A stretch of 64,000 bases of DNA from Antedon mediterranea (taxonomy: Eukaryota > Animalia > Echinodermata): positions 1,302,001 to 1,366,000 of the forward strand of contig NC_092673.1 of NCBI RefSeq assembly GCF_964355755.1, given 5' to 3'. Shown here in pieces: positions 47,701 through 60,386 of the stretch (its first letter is position 1; the number at the start of each line of letters is the position of its first letter). The position numbers were made by a program, and so were the translations under genes. The notes under the pieces are model-generated. The model had not been told where the DNA came from. It was given only the letters and a program-made list of their open reading frames with translations, and ran no database searches.

Positions 47701-50700
47701 TATAATTTCATCCATTAAGTCTTGATTCACACTAGCAGACTTTCTAAATCCAAATCGAGTCTAACGTATCGCAATCTGCGTATGAATGCATGATCTAATA
47801 TTTACTTTTGGTCAAATCACGGTTTTGGCGACTCAAGTGGATTCGCTTTGTTTTTTGTCTTTTTTTGTGAGCAAAATGACTTCTGGAATTGCTTAATTTT
47901 GTTTACTTTTATATATAGATAATGGTAAGCGCTTTTTATCTAAACCCAGGAGTATTTAGAACATGTTAATTGTAATAATGTTATGTTGTAGACGAGGATA
48001 GCTGTAGTACAATTATTTACAGTAATCATTACAATTTCTTTTTTTTAGGCAGTTTTTAAAGAGAATTTAATAAGCGATACAGAGGAAGATATGTTACTAC
48101 GGCGATTGTTGCTATGTACTAATCATCCATCATTGACGGCTGCACATCGTCTTCTATGTTGTGATTGGCTGAAATATTTTCCAGAAAATGAGGCTAGTTG
48201 TATTTTAAAATAAACATATTTTTCTGGTGAATATAGAGGGATCTAACTGATCTATTGCTTAAATAATTATTGACTAGTAAATTGAAATTTGCGGTACACC
48301 ATTTGTTTCACCATGCAAATCATTCAACAATATAATATTTATTGAGTTTTTTAACGAAAATCAATTTGTGACTGGCTTTCTAAAGATACACAAGAGCTAG
48401 AGTGTGTAATGGGATGGTTGGTGTTTAAGTATACATTTTTATATTCTAAAAATTAAAATTAGATCCACTTAAGATTTAGATTTTCTTTCAACCTTGGAAT
48501 AGCAGAAACATGACGTTAAGTACAATAATTACATGAAATATGGTCTATTATAATTGTTGTTTATTTTTTCTATAATAGGATAAAGAAGTTTGTGCCTTAC
48601 CAAAGAAAATAATGGTAAACAACTTTAGTGCTCTGTTTCCAAAAGTGTTTGATGGTTTAGATACAACGCTGATTAAACTGAGCATGCTCAATGAGTGTTT
48701 TACGCCAAGCAGCTCACAAGGTACAAAATCTGTTAACACTAGATAGTGTATAATCAAGATTGCTTAATGTAAAAAGAAAAAGCACTTGAGGGCAGTACAC
48801 TATTAACAATGGCGTATCCATCTCTTTTACATAATAATCATGTTAGAGGGCAGTATATACCATTCATTTTTCAACATACTCATAATCTCATCCAAAGGTT
48901 TCTGTTTTATATAGAGTCTTATCCATTTTAAATAAATTTTTACAGATGCTTCTATCAGCATTCTAATGGGCTGTCTACAGCCGCTTCAGAAATCTATTCG
49001 TCATGGAATTACGGGTCGATCAGCCGTGACTTTGTATCGAGCTTTGTTCCAGTATTTTAAGAAACATCACAACACTATTTTAAAAGATGATATCTTCAGG
49101 TAAATAATATTTTACAAATAATGGTTGTTATGAGTCGCATGGGAAAATATTTCATGATCGTTTTATTTAACAAGCTTTGTTAGACGCAACAACATAAAAC
49201 ACAACATACATGAGTTGACCATAACAAGTTTGAATAATTCATCGCTTTTAATTGGACAAATCACTTATGCTGTGCTTGGAATCTAGTTGGAATCTAAGAA
49301 GTAGTTAACATATATTCTTTGTTGTTTTTTTTTCAGTTTACTTCTCGGTACAGTTCTCAAGTATCCTGTATTTACCCCTCACACCATCAACTTCCTACAT
49401 TGTGTTCACCAACATGTTCCTCAAAGGTATTTAATCTAAAGGCAAAATACTGAAAAAATGACAATGCTCTGGGTATCAGTTGCTGAATCTCAATGGAGAT
49501 ACAAAACAAAATAAGCAAACAGCTAATTCAAAGCAATAAAGTAAAACAGCCAGAAAAATTAGCAGGGCTTTAGGGAAAACTAGCCCTTCATCAGTGTAAG
49601 GGTATCTTGTATAGTTTGATTAAAGTAACATTTAATTACCGTAATTGTCTTGAAAAATTTAATTGATGAATATTTTAATTAAAAAATCATGATTCAGTAT
49701 TTTTAAAGAATGTTTTAAGTATTTGAAAATAAATCTATATTTAGGAATTAAATAAATTTATATTTTAAAGTGATTTTCCAGTGAAGTTGTTAAAAGCAAC
49801 AGCTGAAGAAATTGTAGAAATGGACAAAGCTGTAATCGTGAAAAATCTAAACAATTACTTACTATTAATGGAAAGGATATCAGCGGAAGTGGATATCAAC
49901 CCAAAGGTTAGTTTAGTTGTGTTCACACGCACTCAAGTTAATCATGCATAGAACGGATTTAAGCTAATCCAAATTATATCGGAGTTCCATCCGATAAAGT
50001 GCTCACTCTTGCGTGGCACACTCAAAGTATATGTGTTGTTTTAAATGTTTGCTGAAATGAAGAAAATAAAATAAGATAATATTTAATTATTTTCAACAGT
50101 GGCTAAATCTAAAAAAAAATGTTTTCTTTCAGCCAATTTTATGCTTTTTACATTGGCTGTTGAAAAACTCAAACTTGTGTACTGAAGGGAATTGGTTGCT
50201 TGGTAACAATATTCTAGGAGTTTGTAATAGTTGTATGCATTGTCATAATACAACAGATATCTTCACAGGTATATTGAATTCACAAATAATTACTTCCCTT
50301 GACTTATAATTTGGTATGGAACAGGTATATGAAATGTCACAGGTTCAAGGCATTCCTCTGATTCTAGTTCTAGTGTTAAATTAAGTGTTCTAGATTAAGG
50401 ATTGGAAGTCCAGTGTACACATCTGGCTCATCTCTACTAAAAGAAGCCAGTGACTCTTTTAAAAAGAGTACAGTATGGTACCCTGTTATTTATTACTTTG
50501 AGGAAAATAACATTTCTACTAATTTCACACTGTAGGTAACTAAAACTTGGTATTTAGAAAGTGCTTGTGTGATACTTTTAGATCTGTGGCTTTGAAATTT
50601 ATTTCTGTTCTTTTTTTTATAGATCTTGGAAATTTACTATACGTTATGCTTACAGAATTCAACCAACTTGATGTACGAGATAGAGCAAGATTTTACTATG

Positions 50701-53700
50701 CTATTCTAACTAACTTATCTACAGAAAAGGTAACCTTTCACCCTTTCAAATATTTTGATTGATTTATTCAGAATTAACAGATTTAAAACTGTAATTTAAC
50801 TTTAAAAAAACAGTCAAATTGACTAGAAATCAATGGCTTTTTGTTTGAATTTAACAGACTATTTTGTCTTTTTATAATTGAAAACATTATTTGTTTAAAT
50901 GTTTTTTCTATGGAAGTCTTTTTTTAATAATCTTCTTTTTTCACAATACATCTTTAAGTGTTTATACTAACCAAAAAGGAGAATTTTATGTTTTTTTCAA
51001 TTTCATTCGTAATAATAATTGCACTACATTGTTACCTATAGGTATCAAGAGTGGTGTCACATGCTAGAGATTCTATGAGTCATAGTTTGTCCACACTAGC
51101 TGACAGTATTAATATTCCATCATCATCACCCGTACAAAGATATAGAGAACCAGTGTTACAGTTAACACGGTAAGAACACTACTTAGATATTCTAGAATAT
51201 ATTTTTGATTACCATCACCACCATGGAGTTGGGTAGTCAAGTGGCAACTACTCGTCCACTCAGCTGTAAATGAGTACCTGGTTGAAAATACTAGGGAGGA
51301 TAAGGTGGCATGGAAAGGAACTGGCCACCCTATTATATAATGCAGAAGCTTAGTACAATGAGCTCCTAACAGCTCATTACCCATGTGTTCAGAATTGAAT
51401 ACGGAACCTTTACATACCTAAAATTGACGTTTAACAAAAATCTTGATTAATACCTTTTTAGTGTTTCTAAAGAAGGACCTACGTTGTTGACGCTACCAAG
51501 CTCAAATATCAACATTAAGACATATTTTGAAAAGATTCAAGACACTGCCTCACTTTCATCTGTCACCATTAATTATAGACTTCATTTTGTAAGTATGGTA
51601 CGGCTTTAAATAGCCTCTCTATTTAGAAAAGGAGTAGTTTATGGTGTAGACATCACCCAATTCCCAGTGCTGTATCTCCACATACTATCTATTTCTAGAT
51701 TTCTAGAACATCATAGGAATATTTGGTAATACAGCATCTCATTTATATCATATGTGGTGCCTGTATCATGTAAGGTTAAGGGTTAGGTTACATGTGAAAC
51801 ACATGTGATGTTATATTACCAAATATTCCTATGATACTTCGGAAATAGATACAGTACAGTACTGAGAATCGGTTGCATATATATACTTACCAGCTCAGAA
51901 TTCACCCTAGCAAGCTACCCAATGTATTTTGATTGTAATTCTTGAAAAATAGTTATTTTTAGTATAGCAATATGTAACCTATTCGTAGATTAAAGGAACT
52001 ATTGCACGGTAAGTTCTACATAAACAATTTGGTGTGCAACATGGTATATCGGTGTTATGCGCGATTTGAACGATTTGCGCAATTTCAAATTGCGCTGCAC
52101 AATTTGTAAAATTGTCAAATTGCGCAACAGAATTCTACCAGAATGCGTGCTAACGTCGACGATTGGTTAACAATAATAATTTATTGGAAAAATAACTCAA
52201 AATGAAACATAATAAATGCGAAGATAACATGTGTATAATACACAACATAAATGGCATACATGCTGAAAATTGTCAATCTTACACCGGCAGTATATCTCTC
52301 TCCCTCTCCTGTCTCGTGGCACTTCTCTGAATCACAATTAAATAATATCATTGTAACTTGAAATAAATCAAAAGGAATGTAAAAATAACAAAAATTAAGG
52401 CAGTAATACACAACATAGTCTACCGCCACCGCCATTTAGACTTGCTATCAAAACATAGCCAGTAGTAGGCTAGAGCAGTAAAGCCGCCCGCCGGGGAACA
52501 CCACCGCTTCGTTTTCCTTTGTCGGGTCTTCGTTGGTATGCTAACAATAACAACATTTTCACTTTTAAAATAAGGAAATGCGATATTATCTTTAATTTTT
52601 AATCATTCTTAGAAATTACTATAAAAATATGGGTGTGCATGATTTCACAATCTGTCGTAAAACCTTGCGCAATTTGCAGATTACTTGCGCAATTTAATAC
52701 GTTGCTTGCGCAATTTGAAACAGATGTTTCAATTCAAATTGCGCAAGGAATTCTTTGCGCAATTTTAAATTGCGCAAATCGTTCAATTCGCGCATAACAA
52801 TATTGCACAATGATAAACCCACATGTAACATGCTATATTCTGTGTTTAATACTGCTCTGCTCTTAAAGCCACAATCCTAGAGCCGATACATGACATAGCC
52901 TTCGACTTTCAATGCAAGATGGAACATTATTTTGTTTTTCAGAATGAAGAATCAGAACTAGAGGATAGAAATCAAGATATTTATGCAATAGTTATTCATT
53001 TGGAGACTAGTAACTACCACAAAATGGAAGGTAAAGAAACTGTTTGTTTGTGAATTGGTTTCTCAATTTGTATGTCAACAGGAATATGAGGTCAAAATAC
53101 AATTATTATTTAACTGAAATTCAAATTAATATTTATAAATAGATTGCGAGAGGAGTATTGCTTTTAGCTGAACACATTTATTGTTATTTAATTGTAAATT
53201 TTGTTTTAATAGATTATCAAGTTTCCCACTTGGGGCAAGGAAAAGACCAAGGGGTCATAGTTCATCTTCAATTTTCTCCTCTTTATACAATACCAACAAC
53301 ATTTAGTGTCAGGTATCTGTTTACTTGTTTACTATTTAATTGAGAAGGCAAACTAATATTGGTGCTTACTGTATCGTACCATGCTTAAACTTTAAATGGA
53401 GTCCGTACTTGAAACTCGAACAAAAATATATTAACGTTCAAAAAGTCTCAAATTCTTTCGTGAAATGCAACCTAAAATCCAGGTTAAAAGCCTGTTTATA
53501 CTGCAGAAGATAACAATCATTTTTCTAGAGCAAACAATGGAAATTTGAGAAGGTTTTCATCCTAGTTTCAGTTTCTTTTTCATTAATAATAACAAACAAC
53601 AACAATAATGTACATAATATGAAAGGATAACCAAAAAAGAGCACAGCTTGTACATGGTTTTGACAACCTTAAAAAGAAAAAAACAATTCATGTTACAAAC

Positions 53701-54994
53701 GTACAGTCCAATCAAATGACTTTATTATCAACATGAAAATATAAATATTAAAATATATTATATAATATAAATAATAAAACCGTATCATGAATTTCTTTAT
53801 ATATTATTACATTACAGATTCAGATTTATTGGGTCCCTGCAGAAATTCATGACAGGCATGTAATCGCTGACATAAAAATACAATGACATACAAAATATAT
53901 AACTACAACTTAATGCTTAGATTTCCTTTGGCAGCTTTTACAAAAAATGCAAATTATAACATCTACTTTTTTTTGTATTTAATGCAGTGCCATATTTAGC
54001 TTAGCCTTGAGCCGTACAGCCACGTGTAAGCTAGCAGATTTGCATGTCAGATTTGAGGACCTTTTCCTACCGCTACCTGTTTCACCTGAACTAAGAGCTG
54101 TGCTTTTTAAAAAGCTTTGGAAAAATATCCGTGACCGTGAACAAGAAAGGTAAAATATAATTTTTGTTTTTCTATCTTTATATATTAAAGATGTTGTCCA
54201 CCTGAGAAAATAATTTGTGTGTTGAATATGCCAGTTTAATGTCACATAATAGTTAATATTCATGTGACTAAAAACTTTGATTTGCAAAAAAAAAAAAAGA
54301 CAATGGGGTTTTGGGATTTTCATGCTCCTTCCTTATTCTTATTAAAGTTGTATTATTCTTGGGCTTCAAACCAAGTTAAAAGGATTTTCCTTGTGACCGA
54401 AATGGCAATGATATCTAACCTCCAAACATGACTTGCTTATACTGTGTTATGTTTACTCTTCTAGTTCAAACTCTTTATGTACGGAATCAGTGTGTGTCCT
54501 TCAGATTGCTGATCACAAAATGGATAAGATTGTAACCGAAGAACTGACTGAATTTTTAGTTCTTCCATCTACTGTAGGTAAGATCTGATGATGCAATAAA
54601 TCATCGGTATTTGTATTATTTTCCATTTATCTGATCTGACTAGCTGATTGAATAATAATAATTGAAAATGTCCAATGGTGTATAGGCCTACCTGTGATTT
54701 GATTGGTTGATTTATACATGTCATGTGTCATGCAATAATTCATCACCCACCTCACAATCAGGTGGTACATTTCAATGTTGTACAATGCAAGGCTGACATG
54801 GCATTTCTTGAACAATTTGTCTTTCAGATAATCTTGAAAAGAAATGTTTTTTGGGTATTTTTCTTCCACCTCAAAGTCATCTGTTGTTAAGGATTACAAG
54901 TAATGATAACAAATCTGTTGTTTCTATAGCAACAGACAATTGGAAGATTCTTGCTCTAACTAATAAATATCTGCATGATCTTGAGCATCGCTGA
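41717..54994 (+). CDS. AP5B1: AP-5 complex subunit beta-1, 23 exons
   Basis: Exons 41717-41857, 42313-42528, 43093-43227, 44567-44644, 46233-46291, 46540-46591, 46751-46804, 47043-47204, 47508-47582, 48049-48192, 48579-48720, 48946-49099, 49337-49426, 49771-49906, 50133-50268, 50623-50729, 51042-51169, 51462-51588, 52943-53030, 53213-53312, 53988-54149, 54465-54577, 54828-54994. Motifs FRKSP, TACECLREIE, DVRDRARFYY, FEDLFLP, IFLPPQSHLLL, TDNWKIL match AP5B1 as I recall it. Confidence 0.88.
43222..43967 (+). repeat. 27-bp minisatellite (~28 units) that includes the AP5B1 exon 3 splice donor
   Basis: Unit CACCCT|GTAAGTATAGATTA(A/T)ACTATG; the first unit is the true exon end. Confidence 0.95.
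44148..44301. mobile_element. Short degenerate TIR element (CAGGGATGGATTCC ... GGATTCGCCACTG)
   Basis: Imperfect terminal inverted repeats; no clear TSD. Confidence 0.5.
45448..45564. repeat. 23-bp tandem repeat (~5 units)
   Basis: ATAATAGTCACATGATAAT(CATC/TGCC). Confidence 0.85.
46826..46936 (+). mobile_element. Truncated copy of the 5S-derived SINE
   Basis: ATCACCAAAGTTAAGCAACGTTGGGCC...GGGTGCTGTA is followed by the same non-5S body GGTCCCGTCAGGCATTTGAAAT as at 61510. Confidence 0.8.
51225..51420 (+). mobile_element. SINE 3' fragment (CORE-like)
   Basis: GTCCACTCAGCTGTAAATGAGTACC...GGAACTGGCCACCC...ACCTTTAC tail. Confidence 0.55.
51655..51876. mobile_element. MITE with long imperfect inverted arms
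   Basis: CCCAATTCCCAGTGCTGTATCT...ATCATAGGAATATTTGGTAATA is mirrored by TATTACCAAATATTCCTATGAT...CAGTACTGAGAATCGG. Confidence 0.65.
52053..52799. mobile_element. Non-autonomous DNA transposon with ~43-bp TIRs and TTGCGCAA subterminal repeats
   Basis: TGTTATGCGCGATTTGAACGATTTGCGCAATTTCAAATTGCGC ... GCGCAATTTTAAATTGCGCAAATCGTTCAATTCGCGCATAACA. Confidence 0.8.
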
Positions 54995-55812
54995 CAACGC
55001 AAGAGACAAGATGAAAGAACTTTGATTTTTAGTTATAACACTATATTACGCATATAGCACTATATTACGCATATAGCACTATATTACGCATATAGTATAT
55101 TTTAAAATATATTTCTAATGTATTCTATTATACCCCCAAATTTTAAAAATGAAGATTAGATTTATACACATGTTATATATTCTACCTTAGGTTGATTTCA
55201 ATTACAACATGACTAAAGCTCTGTCTACACTATTAAACTAGTGTGATTTGTCCAAATATGGTAGTGATATGCTTAAATATGGTAGTGATATGACATCATG
55301 TCCATATGTGGGCACATCACATTTTGTTGTCACATAATGTTTGATAGTGTAGATAGAGATTTACATGTGACAAAATAAAAGTTCTCTGTTACTGTTCTTA
55401 ACATTTTCCGTCTTCCGACATTATGCTTTCCACAATTTGTTTCCATTTTTGTCTGTTTATGACAGGATGGTTTGTTATTGTGTTAGTGTCTATTATTTTG
55501 TTCTTCGGGTCGTTTTACTTTCCTGTTAGTTTCCTTCATTGTTTGTAAAAGTGCAGTACTGTAATATAAATATATCAGGAATCCTTTATAAGTTTAAATT
55601 TAAGGTTTGTAAATATGAAATGAAGAAAGTTTAATACAAAACAAATATACTACATTGATTCTTCAGTTTTGTACTTGTAGATTGGCATAAAAAAAGATTA
55701 TTCATGTAAAGGGTTTCTATCATTTGATTTTTCTGATCATATTACTACAAAAAATGACCAAATAATCACAGATTTTGCAGTATTTACACCATTATTTGGA
55801 TCCATTATCACA

Positions 55813-56100
55813 TTTTTTAATTTTTTATTCAGTTGACAACCAACAGCGATGAAACCGCCACTAACAGGTTGAATCTAAACATTATAAACTTAAATACATT
55901 TTAAACTATCATAAAATAAATCAATATCCAAACAAGTAACAAGTAACCTATTAAATGTGTTAGGTAACCGCTGAAAAATACCTCGTTTTGTGCATGCAAC
56001 ACGACCACAAGGAACGTGAAGCAAACACTTGCTGCGAGTACGAGTTGTGTACCATTGGTGGTACATTGTGGCAGTTGTTGTGTGCGCGAAAACCAACATA
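55813..56100 (-). mobile_element. 3' end of a CR1-group LINE (ORF2 C-terminus, short 3' UTR and A tail)
   Basis: Minus ORF RTRSKCLLHVPCGRVACTKRGIFQRLPNTFNRLL..DIDLFYDS* resembles CR1-type ORF2 ends; followed by AACCTGTTAGTGGCGG...ATCGCTGTTGGTT...TGAATAAAAAA. Confidence 0.6.
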
Positions 56101-56420
56101 TGTCAGCTGGCTTATATTTTACACAGGGAAGCAGTCGCTATAAAAGGTCTAAAACTATAATGTGTAATGTATTTATAAACAATTACAATACATTACATAA
56201 CCTACTTTTGACAACTATAGGTCTGTAAGAGGTTGATTGAATGCTTAACAAAAGTTAATTAAAAACCAGGAAGATTCACTCTTCCCTGCTCAAAAATAAA
56301 TCACTCAAGGGTGATATGAACAATGTATCTAATTTAAAAGGAAAACATAATAAATGTTTGGTCAGTAGGCCTAAATCATATTTATTAATTAAATGGCAAA
56401 TCCTCAATTGTTTGACTTAA

Positions 56421-59400
56421 AGGGGGGTTCCGGGTTTAAAATGAATAGTAAAAAATGTAAAATATATTTGTTTGTCTCTTGAACGGTAAAAGTTTCAATT
56501 TATATAAGCGCCCAGTGAAGCAGAACGAAGGCTGTGAAATAAGGCCAGATTACAAGTGCAGCTACGGCGATATGACACTGTGTTACCAGAATAGGAAATT
56601 CGTGAAATGGTCAATCTTCCGACGACCCGTTATCATTAACCATATCAATTACTTTTGTAAAATTATACTTATCTGATGTAATTTAGTCGGTCTTTCCATT
56701 TATAAAGTCAATGTTCTATGAAAATTCATCAAAACAGTGAAAAATTAGATATGTTTGCACTTTACGTTTGCCGATTTTCGCACTGACTTAGGGAAAGCCT
56801 TCAAAATCAATGAAGCGTAACGTATACATTCCTGCTGAGCGAGGAGAGAGCGAGACGACGATCGATACACGTGCTCTATCCTATACCTGCCCACGCCTGG
56901 CAGCGTCACGTGATAAGCAGATACAGTATACAATACCAAACTGGTCGGGTCGAGTATACCCCGTCTATAATTACAACATGAACGATGTACAGTATTTGAT
57001 TGAAGGCAGGCCCGTATCCAGGGGGGGTGCGTTGGGTGCAGACGCACCCCCCCAAGTCCCAAAAGGTCCACTTTTTCCTCGGTTGGTATTTTTTCTTGTC
57101 TTGTTTAACTAAAGACAATATCATTATATATATACAAAATTTACATTATCAATGGTATACAAACAAAAATATGCTAATATAAAATGAAAAAATACCGGTA
57201 ATTAAATTACGGAATCTGAACTGACTACAAACTCGATGTAAAACATGCGCAGTCGATCATGTGACGACAAGTAATAGCTTAGCGCTTCATGTACGCGGTA
57301 AAGTGTTTGCTGGAGAAATACAGACAACTTAACGTCAGGGAACACGTGTACTTTTTGTCGGGGAATATAATATACAGTAAAAAGCGTTCGCGTTCACTTC
57401 GTAGCTAGCTTCAGCACCTAGAAAACCGCGACGTTTCATTGACCGTGAGAGTACGTCAGAGTGATATTATGCACTTTATATGCATTCATTATTGCCAGCG
57501 ATCTAACTTACTACTAAACAATAGCTAGGTACGCACTTGTCTGGCGGTATCCCTTTGTACGAATCGTTCAACGTTGGGTCGAGACGCGTGATATCAAGTT
57601 TCATCCAGGGACCAAAATGTGTAATGTGTTATTTTCCAGGCGAAGTTTACCGACGGTTACGTCGTGTACTGCGTCGACGTACGCTACACTACAGCAAAAA
57701 CGAATTATGTTAATTGTTCGTTTGTTCACCAATTTTTTAATTTACAAGTAACCTTCTGTACCGTGGGGCACCTAAAATAAATTTTTCATCCATTACTAAA
57801 CAAAAAAACATGCCATTTTCGCTTAGCCAACATTATAGCTATAGTTATTACATTTTCAATATCCTGTATGTCATGAATTTCTCACCACTCGGAAGTCCAG
57901 ATGGTACGCATGCATACACCTGGGAGGAATAAACTTTTTTCCCCGACTGAAAAAGGTCTCCGCTTGCGTTTTTTAAGCCTCTAGGCCTGATGTTTCCAAA
58001 GTATAAAATGCAATTTTTTGAAGACCTGCAGCTCTAGTTTTAAACATTTTCTTAGCTCAGCCCCAACAATAAAGCTGGTCATATTTCGAAGAACAAGAAG
58101 TACATTTTCCGGGACCTAACATCTCTATTTTTCAAACATTTCTTAGCTCAGTCACAACCCATGATAGGGACTTATATATTTTTTTTCATGTTTTGAAGTA
58201 TAATAAGTCCAATTTCCGGGACCTCCAACTCTATTTTTTAAATTGAAAAATATGGATTGAAACAGTCATCGCGCATCGTTTTTTTGCACGCAGTATTTTA
58301 TTTATGCATTATAAAAAATGGCTACCCTAAATCTGATTAAAAAGACCTCAAATGACGCTAGAACGCGTTGCCGGGGGCCCTTGGCGGCCCCTGGCCCTCA
58401 GCCTAGTGATGCTCGCTTCGCTCGCATAGCCCCCTCGTCGGGGAATGTAGCCCCCGCGTCGGGAAGATCCTGGCGCCACCCCTGCTGAGTTGGCCTCATC
58501 ATGAAAGCGTTAAGTTCTGGTGTCCATCGTTCAACTAGCCCAAGCCACAACAGAGAGTCTTACATCAGTCTTTAGAACGTCAAATAACGCAAATTTTTTC
58601 AGGGCCTTCGGCCCCTGGACCCTGACCGGGGGCCCTTGGCGGCCCCCTGGCCCCCAGCCATTGTTGCTCGCTTCGCTCGCACCCCCCCCCCCCATTATAA
58701 ATGCTGCCTACGGGCCTGGAAGGTCGACTCGACCTACCGAAATGGTATAGATAATATAGCTCGAATGAGAGAGTTGGAATATTTGTAAACATAAGTATTG
58801 CTAATTTTAAGAAGTGTAGCCTAGTAAAAGGCCTGGTAGTATCAATTCGCATAGGGTCTACTACACTAGCTAACTCAATTTTTAACTGGGCCGGATCGGC
58901 TAGGTCTCCTTCCTACTACCTGGTCTACTTGCTTGATGCAGTAGTATCCGCTTTTTTGGAGAGTAAACTAGGCCTATTTTAGGCCTACTTAGACGATCGG
59001 GAAACCATACGTGCGAACGGCGATGTTTACAGCCGATTTTGTAGAATGTTTTAGGTTTAGATTGTTTAGGAGTTTGGTTGATAGGATGGGTTTGGAATCC
59101 ACTGAGTTTTGTTATTTATGGGCCAATCGTTTAGTAGTAGGCTAGCCCATGATGGGCCCCAATGTTTTAGCGTTGTAATCCCTAGTCAGAATGGCTCTCA
59201 GACTCACCCATGAAAAAAAATGATTTAGGCTAGGCCTAGCCTAGTACGTGAAGCCGATAATACGATCTGTACTATTCGAGGTATAAAAATAGTATATAAT
59301 TTATGACTCCGTAATCTGTACTAAATTTTGTATTTCATTAAATGTCAAATAAATATATGCTACTACTGTTATTATTAAACTTTAGGCATAGCTTAGAAAA

Positions 59401-59731
59401 TCTACAAAAAATGTATTTCACAATGATCGGGTGGTCGTCGTTTGACAGGAGAGAGAGATGTAAATTTAGTTGACAAACACAACGTACATGACGTCGCGAG
59501 TTTGGAATCCACTGATGACGTGATTTTGTGAATATCTCATGAATATTAATGAGCTTCCCTAAGCTGCTGAAAAACAGACTTTCCATGAATTTACCCTAAA
59601 ATGTATATGAAATTTTATTTTTTTAATTTCTCGTTATTATTTCTTCATTCTGACATGTCTATATTGTTATAATATTTTTTATTTAATAAATAAACGATAT
59701 TTAAAAGAAATTTTAAACCCAGAATCCCCCT
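56421..59731. mobile_element. Kolobok-like DNA transposon remnant (TTAA TSD), no intact ORF
   Basis: TTAA|AGGGGGGTTCCGGGTTTAAAA ... TTTTAAACCCAGAATCCCCCT|TTAA. Confidence 0.75.
57007..58718. mobile_element. 1.7-kb non-autonomous element with 5-bp TSD (GAAGG) nested in the Kolobok-like element
   Basis: GAAGG|CAGGCCCGTA ... TACGGGCCTG|GAAGG; a second orphan terminus (GATCCTGGCGCCACCCCTG) ends at ~58484. Confidence 0.8.
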
Positions 59732-60386
59732 TTAAGTTAAAGTTAAATACTGGGTATAAAGTCCTAGTAGGAACCTTTTAGAACAAAAGAGTTGCCATAT
59801 TGTACAATATGGTCACTTTATGGTCCCTGTCAATACATATCAATAGTTCTTGTTGTTTGACACGCCAACCGTAATTAATGTAATTGATCAATCAATACTC
59901 TAATAGCTGGGGTAAGTTAAATTTCACTAATCCGACCTCAACATGCATACTACCAAATGCGCGAATTTGCCTTGTTACACACAATACAGTATTAAAACTG
60001 CTACTATTCACTATTGACCAATGAGATCACTGGATTTTTTTTCTTAACAAAGGTCTGCCGATTATTATTATAAATGTAACATCTGCTAAAAACAAATGCA
60101 AAAAGTGAGTATTTCTACTTTTGCTTAATGCATATGGCGTCTAGGCCGATTTACTATAAATATTAATCTGTTGGAATAAATGAATTAATTATAAATAAGC
60201 TCACAGAATGATTCGTACTGACAAGTCTATTTCGTATACTTGGGAGCAACGCACTTTTTTTATTGATCAACAAACCGCAGAGTAACGTATTTTCAGTGAT
60301 GGTGGGGTGTGTGTTGTCATAATTTGTCATGATTATTAAATCTTTCTCTAAGCTATTTATACTTTGCTTCCATTATCCTAGGTATA

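Noticed and set aside
55039-55096. 19-bp x3 repeat in the AP5B1 3' UTR
   Set aside because: Short ordinary tandem duplication with no evident structure or function.
58800-59100. Possible decayed THAP domain in the Kolobok-like element (minus-strand YGFP-like word)
   Set aside because: Too degenerate to support by eye; it needs an HMM search.
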